Source: Eledone cirrhosa
Taxonomy: Eukaryota
Direction of reading: 5' to 3'
NCBI GenBank assembly: GCA_964016885.1
Contig: OZ024742.1
Span: 349,742,001 to 349,806,000 of the forward strand
DNA length: 64,000 nt
The notes below the pieces were generated by a model. It made no database searches and was not told the origin of the DNA. It saw only the letters and a program-made list of their open reading frames with translations. This document shows, one piece after another, positions 24,701 to 39,700 of this stretch (the stretch's first letter is position 1; each line of letters starts with the position of its first letter). A program made the position numbers and the translations under genes.

Positions 24701-27700
24701 GAGACACTGTACTGAGAGACACTGAACAGACAGACACTGAACAGAGAGAGATTGAACAGAAAGACACTGAACAGAGAGACATTGAACAGAGAGACAATGA
24801 ACAGACAGACATTGAACAGAGAGACATTGAACAGAGAGACATTGAACAGAGTGACATTAAACAGAGAGACATTGTTCAGAGAGACAATGAACAGACAGAC
24901 ATTGAACAGAGAGACACTGAACAGAGAGACACTGAACAGAGAGACATTGAACAGAGAGACATTGAACAGAGAGACATTAAACAGAGAATCACTGAACAGA
25001 GAGACATTGAACAGAGAGACATTGAACAGAGAGACATTGAACAGAGAGATACTGAACAGAGAGACATTGAACAGAGAGACATTGAACAGAGAGACATTGA
25101 ACAGAGAGACACTGAACAGAGAGACACTGAACAGAGAGACATTGAACAGAGAGACACTGAACAGAGAGACATTGAACAGAGAGACATTGAACAGAGAGAC
25201 ATTGAACAGAGAGACACTGAACAGAGAGACATTGAACAGAGAGACATTGAACAGAGAGACATTGAACAGAGAGACACTGAACAGAGAGACATTGAACAGA
25301 GAGACACTGAACAGAGAGACATTGAACAGAGAGACACTGAACAGAGAGACATTGAACAGAGAGACACTGAACAGAGAGACACTGAACAGAGAGACATTGA
25401 ACAGTGAGACATTGAACAGAGAGACATTGAACAGAGAGACACTGAATTGAGAGACATTGAACAGAGAGACATTGAACAGAGAGACACTGAACAGAGAGAC
25501 ACTGAACAGAGAGACACTGAACAGAGAGACATTGAACAGAGAGACATTGAACAGAGAGACATTGAACAGAGAGACACTGAACAGAGAGACATTGAACAGA
25601 GAGACATTGAACAGAGAGACATTGAACAGAGAGACACTGAACAGAGAGACATTGAACAGAGAGACACTGAACAGAGAGACATTGAACAGAGAGACACTGA
25701 ACAGAGAGACATTGAACAGAGAGACACTGAACAGAGAGACACTGAACAGAGAGACATTGAACAGTGAGACATTGAACAGAGAGACATTGAACAGAGAGAC
25801 ACTGAATTGAGAGACATTGAACAGAGAGACATTGAACAGAGAGACACTGAACAGAGAGACACTGAACAGAGAGACACTGAACAGAGAGACATTGAACAGA
25901 GAGACATTGACCAGAGAGACATTGAACAGAGAGACACTGAACAGAGAGACATTGAACAGAGAGACATTGCACAGAGAGCCATTGAACAGAGAGACATTGA
26001 ACAGAGAGACATTGAACAGAGAGACACTGAACAGAGATACATTGAACAGTGAGACACTGTACAGAGAGACATTGAACAGAGAGACACTGAATAGAGAGAC
26101 ATGAACAGAGAGACATTGAACAGAGAGACACTGAACAGAGAGACACTGAACAGAGAGACATTGAACAGAGAGACATTGGACAGAGAGACACTGAACAGAG
26201 AGACATTGAACAGAGAGACACTGAACAGAGAGACACTGAACAGAGAGACATTGAACAGACAGACATTGAACAGAGAGGCACTGAACAGAGAGACACTGAA
26301 CAGAGAGACACTGAACAGTGGGACACTGAACAGAGAGACACTGAACAGAGAGACACTGAACAGAGAGACACTGAACAGAGAGACATTGAACAGAAAGACA
26401 CTGAACAGAGAGACATTGAACAGTGAGACACTGTACAGAGAGACATTGAACAGAGAGACACTGAATTGAGAGACATTGATCAGAGAGACATTGAACAGAG
26501 AGACACTGAACAGAGAGACACTGAACAGAGAGACACTGAACAGAGAGACATTGAACAGAGAGACATTGAACAGAGAGACATTGAACAGAGAGACACTGAA
26601 CAGAGAGACATTGAACAGAGAGACATTGCACAGAGAGACATTGAACAGAGAGACATTGAACAGAGAGACACTGAACAGAGAGACATTGAACAGAGAGACA
26701 TTGAACAGAAAGACACTGAACAGAGATACATTGAACAGTGAGACACTGTACAGAGAGACATTGAACAGAGAGACACTGAATAGAGAGACATGAACAGAGA
26801 GACATTGAACAGAGAGACACTGAACAGAGAGACACTGAACAGAGAGACATTGAACAGAGAGACATTGAACAGAGAGACACTGAACAGAGAGACATTGAAC
26901 AGAGAGACACTGAACAGAGAGACACTGAACAGAGAGACACTGAACAGAGAGACATTGAACAGACAGACATTGAACAGAGAGACACTGAACAGAGAGACAC
27001 TGAACAGAGAGACACTGACAGAGGGACACTGAACAGAGAGACACTGAACAGAGAGACACTGAACAGAGAGACACTGAACAGAGAGACATTGAACAGAGAG
27101 ACACTGAACAGAGAGACACTGAACAGAGAGACACTGAACAGAGGGACACTGAACAGAGAGACATTGAACAGAGAGACACTGAACAGAGAGACATTGAACA
27201 GAGAGAAACTGAACAGAGAGACATTGAACAGAGAGACACTGAACAGAGAGACATTGAACAGAGAGACACTGAACAGAGAGATACTGAACAGAGAGACATT
27301 GAACAGAGAGACACTGAACAGAGAGACATTGAACAGAGAGACACTGAACAGAGAGACACTGAACAGAGAGACACTGAACAGAGAGACGTTGAACAGAGAG
27401 ACAATGAACAGACAGACATTGAACAGAGAGACATTGAACAGAGAGACATTGAACAGAGAGACACTTTACAGAGAGACAGTGAACAGGGAGACATTGAACA
27501 GAGAGACATTGAACAGAGTGACATTAAACAGAGAGACATTGATCAGAGAGACAATGAACAGACAGACATTGAACAGAGAGACACTGAACAGAGAGACATT
27601 GAACAGAGAGACATTGAACAGAGAGACATTGAACAGAGAGACATTAAACAGAGAATCACTGAACAGAGAGACATTGAACAGAGAGACATTGAACAGAGAG

Positions 27701-30700
27701 ACATTGAACAGAGAGACATTGAACAGAGAGACACTGAACAGAGAGACATTGAACAGAGAGACATTGAACAGAGAGACATTGAACAGAGAGACACTGAACA
27801 GAGAGACATTGAACAGAGAGACACTGAACAGAGAGACATTGAACAGAGAGACACTGAACAGAGAGACATTGAACAGAGAGACACTGAACAGAGAGACACT
27901 GAACAGAGAGACATTGAACAGTGAGACATTGAACAGAGAGACATTGAACAGAGAGACACTGAATTGAGAGACATTGAACAGAGAGACATTGAACAGAGAG
28001 ACACTGAACAGAGAGACACTGACAGGGAGACACTGAACAGAGAGACATTGAACAGAGAGACATTGAACAGAGAGACACTGAACAGAGAGACATTGAACAG
28101 AGAGACATTGCACAGAGAGACATTGAACAGAGAGACATTGAACAGAGAGACACTGAACAGAGAGACATTTAACAGAGAGACATTGAACAGAGAGACACTG
28201 AATTGAGAGACACTGAACAGAGAGACATTGAACAGAGAGACACTGAACAGAGAGACATTGAACAGAGAGACACTGAACAGAGAGACATTGAACAGAGAGA
28301 CACTGAACAGAGAGACACTGAACAGAGAGACATTGAACAGTGAGACATTGAACAGAGAGACATTGAACAGAGAGACACTGAATTGAGAGACATTGAACAG
28401 AGAGACATTGAACAGAGAGACACTGAACAGAGAGACACTGAACAGAGAGACACTGAACAGAGAGACATTGAACAGAGAGACATTGACCAGAGAGACATTG
28501 AACAGAGAGACACTGAACAGAGAGACATTGAACAGAGAGACATTGAACAGAGAGACATTGAACAGAGAGACACTGAACAGAGAGACATTGAACAGAGAGA
28601 CACTGAACAGAGAGACATTGAACAGAGAGACACTGAACAGAGAGACATTGAACAGAGAGACACTGAACAGAGAGACATTGACAGAGAGACACTGAACAGA
28701 GAGACATTGAACAGAGAGACACTGAACAGAGAGACACTGAACAGAGAGACACTGAACAGAGAGACATTGAACAGAGAGACATTGAACAGAGAGACATTGA
28801 ACAGAGAGACACTGAACAGAGAGACATTGAACAGAGAGACATTGAACAGAGAGACATTGAACAGAGAGACACTGAACAGAGAGACATTGAACAGAGAGAC
28901 ACTGAACAGAGAGACATTGAACAGAGAGACACTGAACAGAGAGACATTGAACAGAGAGACACTGAACAGAGAGACACTGAACAGAGAGACATTGAACAGT
29001 GAGACATTGAACAGAGAGACATTGAACAGAGAGACACTGAATTGAGAGACATTGAACAGAGAGACATTGAACAGAGAGACACTGAACAGAGAGACACTGA
29101 ACAGAGAGACACTGAACAGAGAGACATTGAACAGAGAGACATTGACCAGAGAGACATTGAACAGAGAGACACTGAACAGAGAGACATTGAACAGAGAGAC
29201 ATTGCACAGAGAGCCATTGAACAGAGAGACATTGAACAGAGAGACATTGAACAGAGAGACACTGAACAGAGATACATTGAACAGTGAGACACTGTACAGA
29301 GAGACATTGAACAGAGAGACACTGAATAGAGAGACATGAACAGAGAGACATTGAACAGAGAGACACTGAACAGAGAGACACTGAACAGAGAGACATTGAA
29401 CAGAGAGACATTGGACAGAGAGACACTGAACAGAGAGACATTGAACAGAGAGACACTGAACAGAGAGACACTGAACAGAGAGACATTGAACAGACAGACA
29501 TTGAACAGAGAGGCACTGAACAGAGAGACACTGAACAGAGAGACACTGAACAGTGGGACACTGAACAGAGAGACACTGAACAGAGAGACACTGAACAGAG
29601 AGACACTGAACAGAGAGACATTGAACAGAAAGACACTGAACAGAGAGACATTGAACAGTGAGACACTGTACAGAGAGACATTGAACAGAGAGACACTGAA
29701 TTGAGAGACATTGATCAGAGAGACATTGAACAGAGAGACACTGAACAGAGAGACACTGAACAGAGAGACACTGAACAGAGAGACATTGAACAGAGAGACA
29801 TTGAACAGAGAGACATTGAACAGAGAGACACTGAACAGAGAGACATTGAACAGAGAGACATTGCACAGAGAGACATTGAACAGAGAGACATTGAACAGAG
29901 AGACACTGAACAGAGAGACATTGAACAGAGAGACATTGAACAGAAAGACACTGAACAGAGATACATTGAACAGTGAGACACTGTACAGAGAGACATTGAA
30001 CAGAGAGACACTGAATAGAGAGACATGAACAGAGAGACATTGAACAGAGAGACACTGAACAGAGAGACACTGAACAGAGAGACATTGAACAGAGACATTG
30101 AACAGAGAGACACTGAACAGAGAGACATTGAACAGAGAGACACTGAACAGAGAGACACTGAACAGAGAGACACTGAACAGAGAGACATTGAACAGACAGA
30201 CATTGAACAGAGAGACACTGAACAGAGAGACACTGAACAGAGAGACACTGACAGAGGGACACTGAACAGAGAGACACTGAACAGAGAGACACTGAACAGA
30301 GAGACACTGAACAGAGAGACATTGAACAGAGAGACACTGAACAGAGAGACACTGAACAGAGAGACACTGAACAGAGGGACACTGAACAGAGAGACATTGA
30401 ACAGAGAGACACTGAACAGAGAGACATTGAATAGAGAGAAACTGAACAGAGAGACATTGAACAGAGAGACACTGAACAGAGAGACATTGAACAGAGAGAC
30501 ACTGAACAGAGAGATACTGAACAGAGAGACATTGAACAGAGAGACACTGAACAGAGAGACATTGAACAGAGAGACACTGAACAGAGAGACACTGAACAGA
30601 GAGACACTGAACAGAGAGACGTTGAACAGAGAGACAATGAACAGACAGACATTGAACAGAGAGACATTGAACAGAGAGACATTGAACAGAGAGACACTTT

Positions 30701-30770
30701 ACAGAGAGACAGTGAACAGGGAGACATTGAACAGAGAGACATTGAACAGAGTGACATTAAACAGAGAGAC
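11690..30770. repeat. Tandem higher-order duplication, ~9.5-9.6 kb x2 (junction ~21185)
   Basis: ORF pairs 11853/21350, 12465/21962 and 15255/24752 are offset 9497; 16514/26101, 17502/27089 and 20438/30025 are offset 9587. Boundaries approximate. Confidence 0.9.
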
Positions 30771-33700
30771 ATTGATCAGAGAGACAATGAACAGACAGAC
30801 ATTGAACAGAGAGACACTGAACAGAGAGACATTGAACAGAGAGACATTGAACAGAGAGACATTGAACAGAGAGACATTAAACAGAGAATCACTGAACAGA
30901 GAGACATTGAACAGAGAGACATTGAACAGAGAGACATTGAACAGAGAGACATTGAACAGAGAGACACTGAACAGAGAGACATTGAACAGAGAGACATTGA
31001 ACAGAGAGACATTGAACAGAGAGACACTGAACAGAGAGACATTGAACAGAGAGACACTGAACAGAGAGACATTGAACAGAGAGACACTGAACAGAGAGAC
31101 ATTGAACAGAGAGACACTGAACAGAGAGACACTGAACAGAGAGACATTGAACAGTGAGACATTGAACAGAGAGACATTGAACAGAGAGACACTGAATTGA
31201 GAGACATTGAACAGAGAGACATTGAACAGAGAGACATTGAACAGAGAGACACTGACAGAGAGACACTGAACAGAGAGACATTGAACAGAGAGACATTGAA
31301 CAGAGAGACACTGAACAGAGAGACATTGAACAGAGAGACATTGCACAGAGAGACATTGAACAGAGAGACATTGAACAGAGAGACACTGAACAGAGAGACA
31401 TTTAACAGAGAGACATTGAACAGAGAGACACTGAACAGAGATACATTGAACAGTGAGACACTGTACATAGAGACATTGAACAGAGAGACACTGAATAGAG
31501 AGACATGAACAGAGAGACATTGAACAGAGAGACACTGAACAGAGAGACACTGAACAGAGAAACATTGAACAGGGAGACATTGGACAGAGAGACACTGAAC
31601 AGAGAGACATTGAACAGAGAGACACTGAACAGAGAGACACTGAACAGAGAGACACTGAACAGAGAGACATTGAACAGACAGACATTGAACAGAGAGACAC
31701 TGAACAGAGAGACACTGAACAGAGAGACACTGAACAGAGGGACACTGAACAGAGAGACACTGAACAGAGAGACACTGAACAGAGAGACACTGAACAGAGA
31801 GACATTGATCAGAGAGACACTGAACAGAGAGACATTGAACAGAGAGACACTGAACAGAGAGACACTGAACAGAGAGACATTGAACAGTGAGACATTGAAC
31901 AGAGAGACATTGAACAGAGAGACACTGAATTGAGAGACATTGAACAGAGAGACATTGAACAGAGAGACACTGAACAGAGAGACATTGAACAGAGAGACAC
32001 TGAACAGAGAGACATTGAACAGAGAGACATTGAACAGAAAGACACTGAACAGAGATACATTGAACAGTGAGACACTGTACAGAGAGACATTGAACAGAGA
32101 GACACTGAATAGAGAGACATGAACAGAGAGACATTGAACAGAGAGACACTGAACAGAGAGACAATGAACAGAGAGACATTGAACAGAGACATTGAACAGA
32201 GAGACACTGAACAGAGAGACATTGAACAGAGAGACACTGAACAGAGAGACACTGAACAGAGAGACACTGAACAGAGAGACATTGAACAGACAGACATTGA
32301 ACAGAGAGACACTGAACAGAGAGACACTGAACAGAGAGACACTGACAGAGGGACACTGAACAGAGAGACACTGAACAGAGAGACACTGAACAGAGAGACA
32401 CTGAACAGAGAGACATTGAACAGAGAGACACTGAACAGAGAGACACTGAACAGAGAGACACTGAACAGAGGGACACTGAACAGAGAGACATTGAACAGAG
32501 AGACACTGAACAGAGAGACATTGAATAGAGAGAAACTGAACAGAGAGACATTGAACAGAGAGACACTGAACAGAGAGACATTGAACAGAGAGACACTGAA
32601 CAGAGAGATACTGAACAGAGAGACATTGAACAGAGAGACACTGAACAGAGAGACATTGAACAGAGAGACACTGAACAGAGAGACACTGAACAGAGAGACA
32701 CTGAACAGAGAGACGTTGAACAGAGAGACAATGAACAGACAGACATTGAACAGAGAGACATTGAACAGAGAGACATTGAACAGAGAGACACTTTACAGAG
32801 AGACAGTGAACAGGGAGACATTGAACAGAGAGACATTGAACAGAGTGACATTAAACAGAGAGACATTGATCAGAGAGACAATGAACAGACAGACATTGAA
32901 CAGAGAGACACTGAACAGAGAGACATTGAACAGAGAGACATTGAACAGAGAGACATTGAACAGAGAGACATTAAACAGAGAATCACTGAACAGAGAGACA
33001 TTGAACAGAGAGACATTGAACAGAGAGACATTGAACAGAGAGACATTGAACAGAGAGACACTGAACAGAGAGACATTGAACAGAGAGACATTGAACAGAG
33101 AGACATTGAACAGAGAGACACTGAACAGAGAGACATTGAACAGAGAGACACTGAACAGAGAGACATTGAACAGAGAGACACTGAACAGAGAGACATTGAA
33201 CAGAGAGACACTGAACAGAGAGACACTGAACAGAGAGACATTGAACAGTGAGACATTGAACAGAGAGACATTGAACAGAGAGACACTGAATTGAGAGACA
33301 TTGAACAGAGAGACATTGAACAGAGAGACACTGAACAGAGAGACACTGACAGAGAGACACTGAACAGAGAGACATTGAACAGAGAGACATTGAACAGAGA
33401 GACACTGAACAGAGAGACATTGAACAGAGAGACATTGCACAGAGAGACATTGAACAGAGAGACATTGAACAGAGAGACACTGAACAGAGAGACATTTAAC
33501 AGAGAGACATTGAACAGAGAGACACTGAACAGAGATACATTGAACAGTGAGACACTGTACATAGAGACATTGAACAGAGAGACACTGAATAGAGAGACAT
33601 GAACAGAGAGACATTGAACAGAGAGACACTGAACAGAGAGACACTGAACAGAGAAACATTGAACAGGGAGACATTGGACAGAGAGACACTGAACAGAGAG

Positions 33701-36700
33701 ACATTGAACAGAGAGACACTGAACAGAGAGACACTGAACAGAGAGACACTGAACAGAGAGACATTGAACAGACAGACATTGAACAGAGAGACACTGAACA
33801 GAGAGACACTGAACAGAGAGACACTGAACAGAGGGACACTGAACAGAGAGACACTGAACAGAGAGACACTGAACAGAGAGACACTGAACAGAGAGACATT
33901 GATCAGAGAGACACTGAACAGAGAGACATTGAACAGAGAGACACTGAACAGAGAGACACTGAACAGAGAGACATTGAACAGTGAGACATTGAACAGAGAG
34001 ACATTGAACAGAGAGACACTGAATTGAGAGACATTGAACAGAGAGACATTGAACAGAGAGACACTGAACAGAGAGACACTGAACAGAGAGACACTGAACA
34101 GAGAGACATTGAACAGAGAGACATTGAACAGAGAGACATTGAACAGAGAGACACTGAACAGAGAGACATTGAACAGAGAGACATTGAACAGAGAGACATT
34201 GAACAGAGAGACACTGAACAGAGAGACATTGAACAGAGAGACACTGAACAGAGAGACATTGAACAGAGAGACACTGAACAGAGAGACATTGAACAGAGAG
34301 ACATTGAACAGAGAGACACTGAACAGAGAGACATTGAACAGAGAGACACTGAACAGAGAGACATTGAACAGAGAGACATTGAACAGTGAGACACTGTACA
34401 GAGAGACATTGAACAGAGAGACACTGAATTGAGAGACATTGAACAGAGAGACATTGAACAGAGAGACACTGAACAGAGAGACACTGAACAGAGAGACACT
34501 GAACAGAGAGACATTGAACAGAGAGACATTGAACAGAGAGACATTGAACAGAGAGACACTGAACAGAGAGACATTGAACAGAGAGACATTGCACAGAGAG
34601 ACATTGAACAGAGAGACATTGAACAGAGAGACACTGAACAGAGAGACATTGAACAGAGAGACATTGAACAGAGAGACACTGAACAGAGATACATTGAACA
34701 GTGAGACACTGTACAGAGAGACATTGAACAGAGAGACACTGAATAGAGAGACATGAACAGAGAGACATTGAACAGTGAGACACTGAACAGAGAGACACTG
34801 AACAGAGAGACATTGAACAGAGAGACATTGAACAGAGAGACATTGAAAAGAGAGACACTGAACAGAGAGACATTGAACAGAGAGACACTGAACAGAGAGA
34901 CACTGAACAGAGAGACACTGAACAGAGAGACATTGAACAGACAGACATTGAACAGAGAGACACTGAACAGAGAGACACTGAACAGAGAGACACTGAACAG
35001 AGAGACATTGAACAGACAGACATTGAACAGAGAGACACTGAACAGAGGGACACTGAACAGAGAGACACTGAACAGAGAGACACTGTACAGAGAGACATTG
35101 AACAGAGAGACATTGAACAGAGAGACACTGCACAGAGAGACATTGAACAGAGAGACACTGAACAGAGACACACTGAACAGCGAGGCATTGAACAGAGAGA
35201 CACTGAACAGAGAGACATTGAACAGAGAGACATTGAACAGAGAGACACTGAACAGAGAGACACTGAACAGAGAAACACTGCACGGAGAGACATTGAACAA
35301 AGAGATATTGAACAGAGAGACACTGTACAGAGAGACATTGAACAGAGAGACATTGAACAGAGAGACACTGCACAGAGAGACATTGAACAGAGAGACACTG
35401 AACAGAGAGACACTGAACAGCGAGATATTGAACAGAGAGACACTGAACAGATAGACATTGAACAGAGAGACATTGAAAAGAGAGACACTGAACAGAGAGA
35501 CATTGAACAGAGAGACACTGAACAGAGAGACATTGAACAGAGAGACACTGACAGAGAGACACTGAACAGAGAGACATTGAACAGAGAGACATTGAACAGA
35601 GAGACACTGAACAGAGAGATATTGAACAGAGAGACATTGAACAGAGAGACACTGAACGGAGAGACATTGAACAGAGAGACATTGAACAGAGAGACACTGA
35701 ACAGAGAGGCATTGAACAGAGAGACACTGAACAGAGAGACATTGAACAGAGAGACATTGAACAGAGAGACATTGAACAGAAAGACATTGAACAGAGAGAC
35801 ATTTAACAGAAAGACATTGATCAGAGAGACACTGAACAGAGAGACACTGAACAGAGAGGCATTGAAAAGAGAGACACTGAACAGAGAGACACTGAACAGA
35901 GAGACACTGAACAGAGAGACGTTGAACAGAGAGACACTGAACAGAGAGACATTGAACAGAGAGACATTAAAGAGAGAGACATTGAACAGAGAGACACTGA
36001 ACAGAGAGACAGTGAACAGAGAGACATTGAACAGAGAGACACTGAACAGAGAGACACTGAACAGGGAGACACTGTACAGAGAAACATTGAACAGAGAGAC
36101 ATTGAACAGAGAGACACTGAACAGAGACACACTGACCAGAGAGACATTGCAAGGAGAGACATTGAACAGAGAGACATTGAAAAGAGAGACATTGAACAGA
36201 GAGACACTGAACAGAGAGACATTGAACAGGGAGACACTGTACTGAGAGACACTGAACAGACAGACACTGAACAGAGAGAGATTGAACAGAGAGACACTGA
36301 ACAGAGAGACATTGAACAGAGAGACAATGAACAGACAGACATTGAACAGAGAGACATTGAACAGAGAGACATTGAACAGAGAGACACTGTACAGAGAGAC
36401 ATTGAACAGAGAGACATTGAACAGAGAGACATTGAACAGAGTGACATTAAACAGAGAGACATTGATCAGAGAGACAATGAACAGACAGACATTGAACAGA
36501 GAGACACTGAACAGAGAGACATTGAACAGAGAGACATTGAACAGAGAGACATTGAACAGAGAGACATTGAACAGAGAGACATTAAACAGAGAATCACTGA
36601 ACAGAGAGACATTGAACAGAGAGACATTGAACAGAGAGACATTGAACAGAGAGACACTGAACAGAGAGACATTGAACAGAGAGACATTGAACAGAGAGAC

Positions 36701-39700
36701 ATTGAACAGAGAGACACTGAACAGAGAGACATTGAACAGAGAGACACTGAACAGAGAGACATTGAACAGAGAGACACTGAACAGAGAGACATTGAACAAA
36801 GAGACACTGAACAGAGAGACACTGAACAGAGAGACATTGAACAGTGAGACATTGAACAGAGAGACATTGAACAGAGAGACACTGAATTGAGAGACATTGA
36901 ACAGAGAGACATTGAACAGAGAGACACTGAACAGAGAGACACTGAACAGAGAGACACTGAACAGAGAGACATTGAACAGAGAGACATTGAACAGAGAGAC
37001 ATTGAACAGAGAGACACTGAACAGAGAGACATTGAACAGAGAGACATTGCACAGAGAGCCATTGAACAGAGAGACATTGAACAGAGAGACACTGAACAGA
37101 GAGACATTGAACAGAGAGACATTGAACAGAGAGACACTGAACAGAGATACATTGAACAGTGAGACACTGTACAGAGAGACATTGAACAGAGAGACACTGA
37201 ATAGAGAGACATGAACAGAGAGACATTGAACAGAGAGACACTGAACAGAGAGACACTGAACAGAGAGACATTGAACAGAGAGACATTGGACAGAGAGACA
37301 CTGAACAGAGAGACATTGAACAGAGAGACACTGAACAGAGAGACACTGAACAGAGAGACATTGAACAGACAGACATTGAACAGAGAGACACTGAACAGAG
37401 AGACACTGAACAGAGAGACACTGAACAGAGGGACACTGAACAGAGAGACACTGAACAGAGAGACACTGAACAGAGAGACACTGAACAGAGAGACATTGAA
37501 CAGAAAGACACTGAACAGAGAGACATTGAACAGTGAGACACTGTACAGAGAGACATTGAACAGAGAGACACTGAATTGAGAGACATTGATCAGAGAGACA
37601 TTGAACAGAGAGACAGTGAACAGAGAGACAGTGAACAGAGAGACACTGAACAGAGAGACATTGAACAGAGAGACATTGAACAGAGAGACATTGAACAGAG
37701 AGACACTGAACAGAGAGACATTGAACAGAGAGACATTGCACAGAGAGACATTGAACAGAGAGACATTGAACAGAGAGACACTGAACAGAGAGACATTGAA
37801 CAGAGAGACATTGAAAAGAGAGACACTGAACAGAGATACATTGAACAGTGAGACACTGTACAGAGAGACATTGAACAGAGAGACACTGAATAGAGAGACA
37901 TGAACAGAGAGACATTGAACAGAGAGACACTGAACAGAGAGACACTGAACAGAGAGACATTGAACAGAGAGACATTGAACAGAGAGACACTGAACAGAGA
38001 GACATTGAACAGAGAGACACTGAACAGAGAGACACTGAACAGAGAGACACTGAACAGAGAGACAATGAACAGACAGACATTGAACAGAGAGACACTGAAC
38101 AGAGAGACACTGAACAGAGAGACACTGAACAGAGGGACAGTGAACAGAGAGACACTGAACAGAGAGACACTGAACAGAGAGACACTGAACAGAGAGACAT
38201 TGAACAGAGAGACACTGAACAGAGAGACACTGAACAGAGAGACACTGAACAGAGGGACACTGAACAGAGAGACATTGAACAGAGAGACACTGAACAGAGA
38301 GACATTGAACAGAGAGAAACTGAACAGAGAGACATTGAACAGAGAGACACTGAACAGAGAGACATTGAACAGAGAGACACTGAACAGAGAGATACTGAAC
38401 AGAGAGACATTGAACAGAGAGACACTGAACAGAGAGACATTGAACAGAGAGACACTGAACAGAGAGACACTGAACAGAGAGACATTGAACAGAGAGACAC
38501 TGAACAGAGAGACACTGAACAGAGAGACACTGAACAGAGAGACAATGAACAGACAGACATTGAACAGAGAGACGTTGAACAGAGAGACATTAAACAGAGA
38601 GACACTTTACAGAGAGACATTGAACAGAGAGACATTGAACAGAGAGACATTGAACAGAGTGACATTAAACAGAGAGACATTGATCAGAGAGACAATGAAC
38701 AGACAGACATTAAACAGAGAGACACTGAACAGAGAGACATTGAACAGAGAGACATTGAACAGAGAGACATTGAACAGAGAGACATTAAACAGAGAATCAC
38801 TGAACAGAGAGACATTGAACAGAGAGACATTGAACAGAGAGACATTGAACAGAGAGACATTGAACAGAGAGACACTGAACAGAGAGACATTGAACAGAGA
38901 GACATTGAACAGAGAGACATTGAACAGAGAGACACTGAACAGAGAGACATTGAACAGAGAGACACTGAACAGAGAGACATTGAACAGAGAGACACTGAAC
39001 AGAGAGACATTGAACAGAGAGACACTGAACAGAGAGACACTGAATAGAGAGACATTGAACAGTGAGACATTGAACAGAGAGACATTGAACAGAGAGACAC
39101 TGAATTGAGAGACATTGAACAGAGAGACACTGAACAGAGAGACACTGAACAGAGAGACACTGAACAGAGAGACATTGAACAGAGACATTGAACAGAGAGA
39201 CACTGAACAGAGAGACATTGAACAGAGAGACACTGAACAGAGAGACACTGAACAGAGAGACACTGAACAGAGAGACATTGAACAGACAGACATTGAACAG
39301 AGAGACACTGAACAGAGAGACACTGAACAGAGAGACACTGACAGAGGGACACTGAACAGAGAGACACTGAACAGAGAGACACTGAACAGAGAGACACTGA
39401 ACAGAGAGACATTGAACAGAGAGACACTGAACAGAGAGACACTGAACAGAGAGACACTGAACAGAGGGACACTGAACAGAGAGACATTGAACAGAGAGAC
39501 ACTGAACAGAGAGACATTGAACAGAGAGAAACTGAACAGAGAGACATTGAACAGAGAGACACTGAACAGAGAGACATTGAACAGAGAGACACTGAACAGA
39601 GAGATACTGAACAGAGAGACATTGAACAGAGAGACACTGAACAGAGAGACATTGAACAGAGAGACACTGAACAGAGAGACACTGAACAGAGAGACACTGA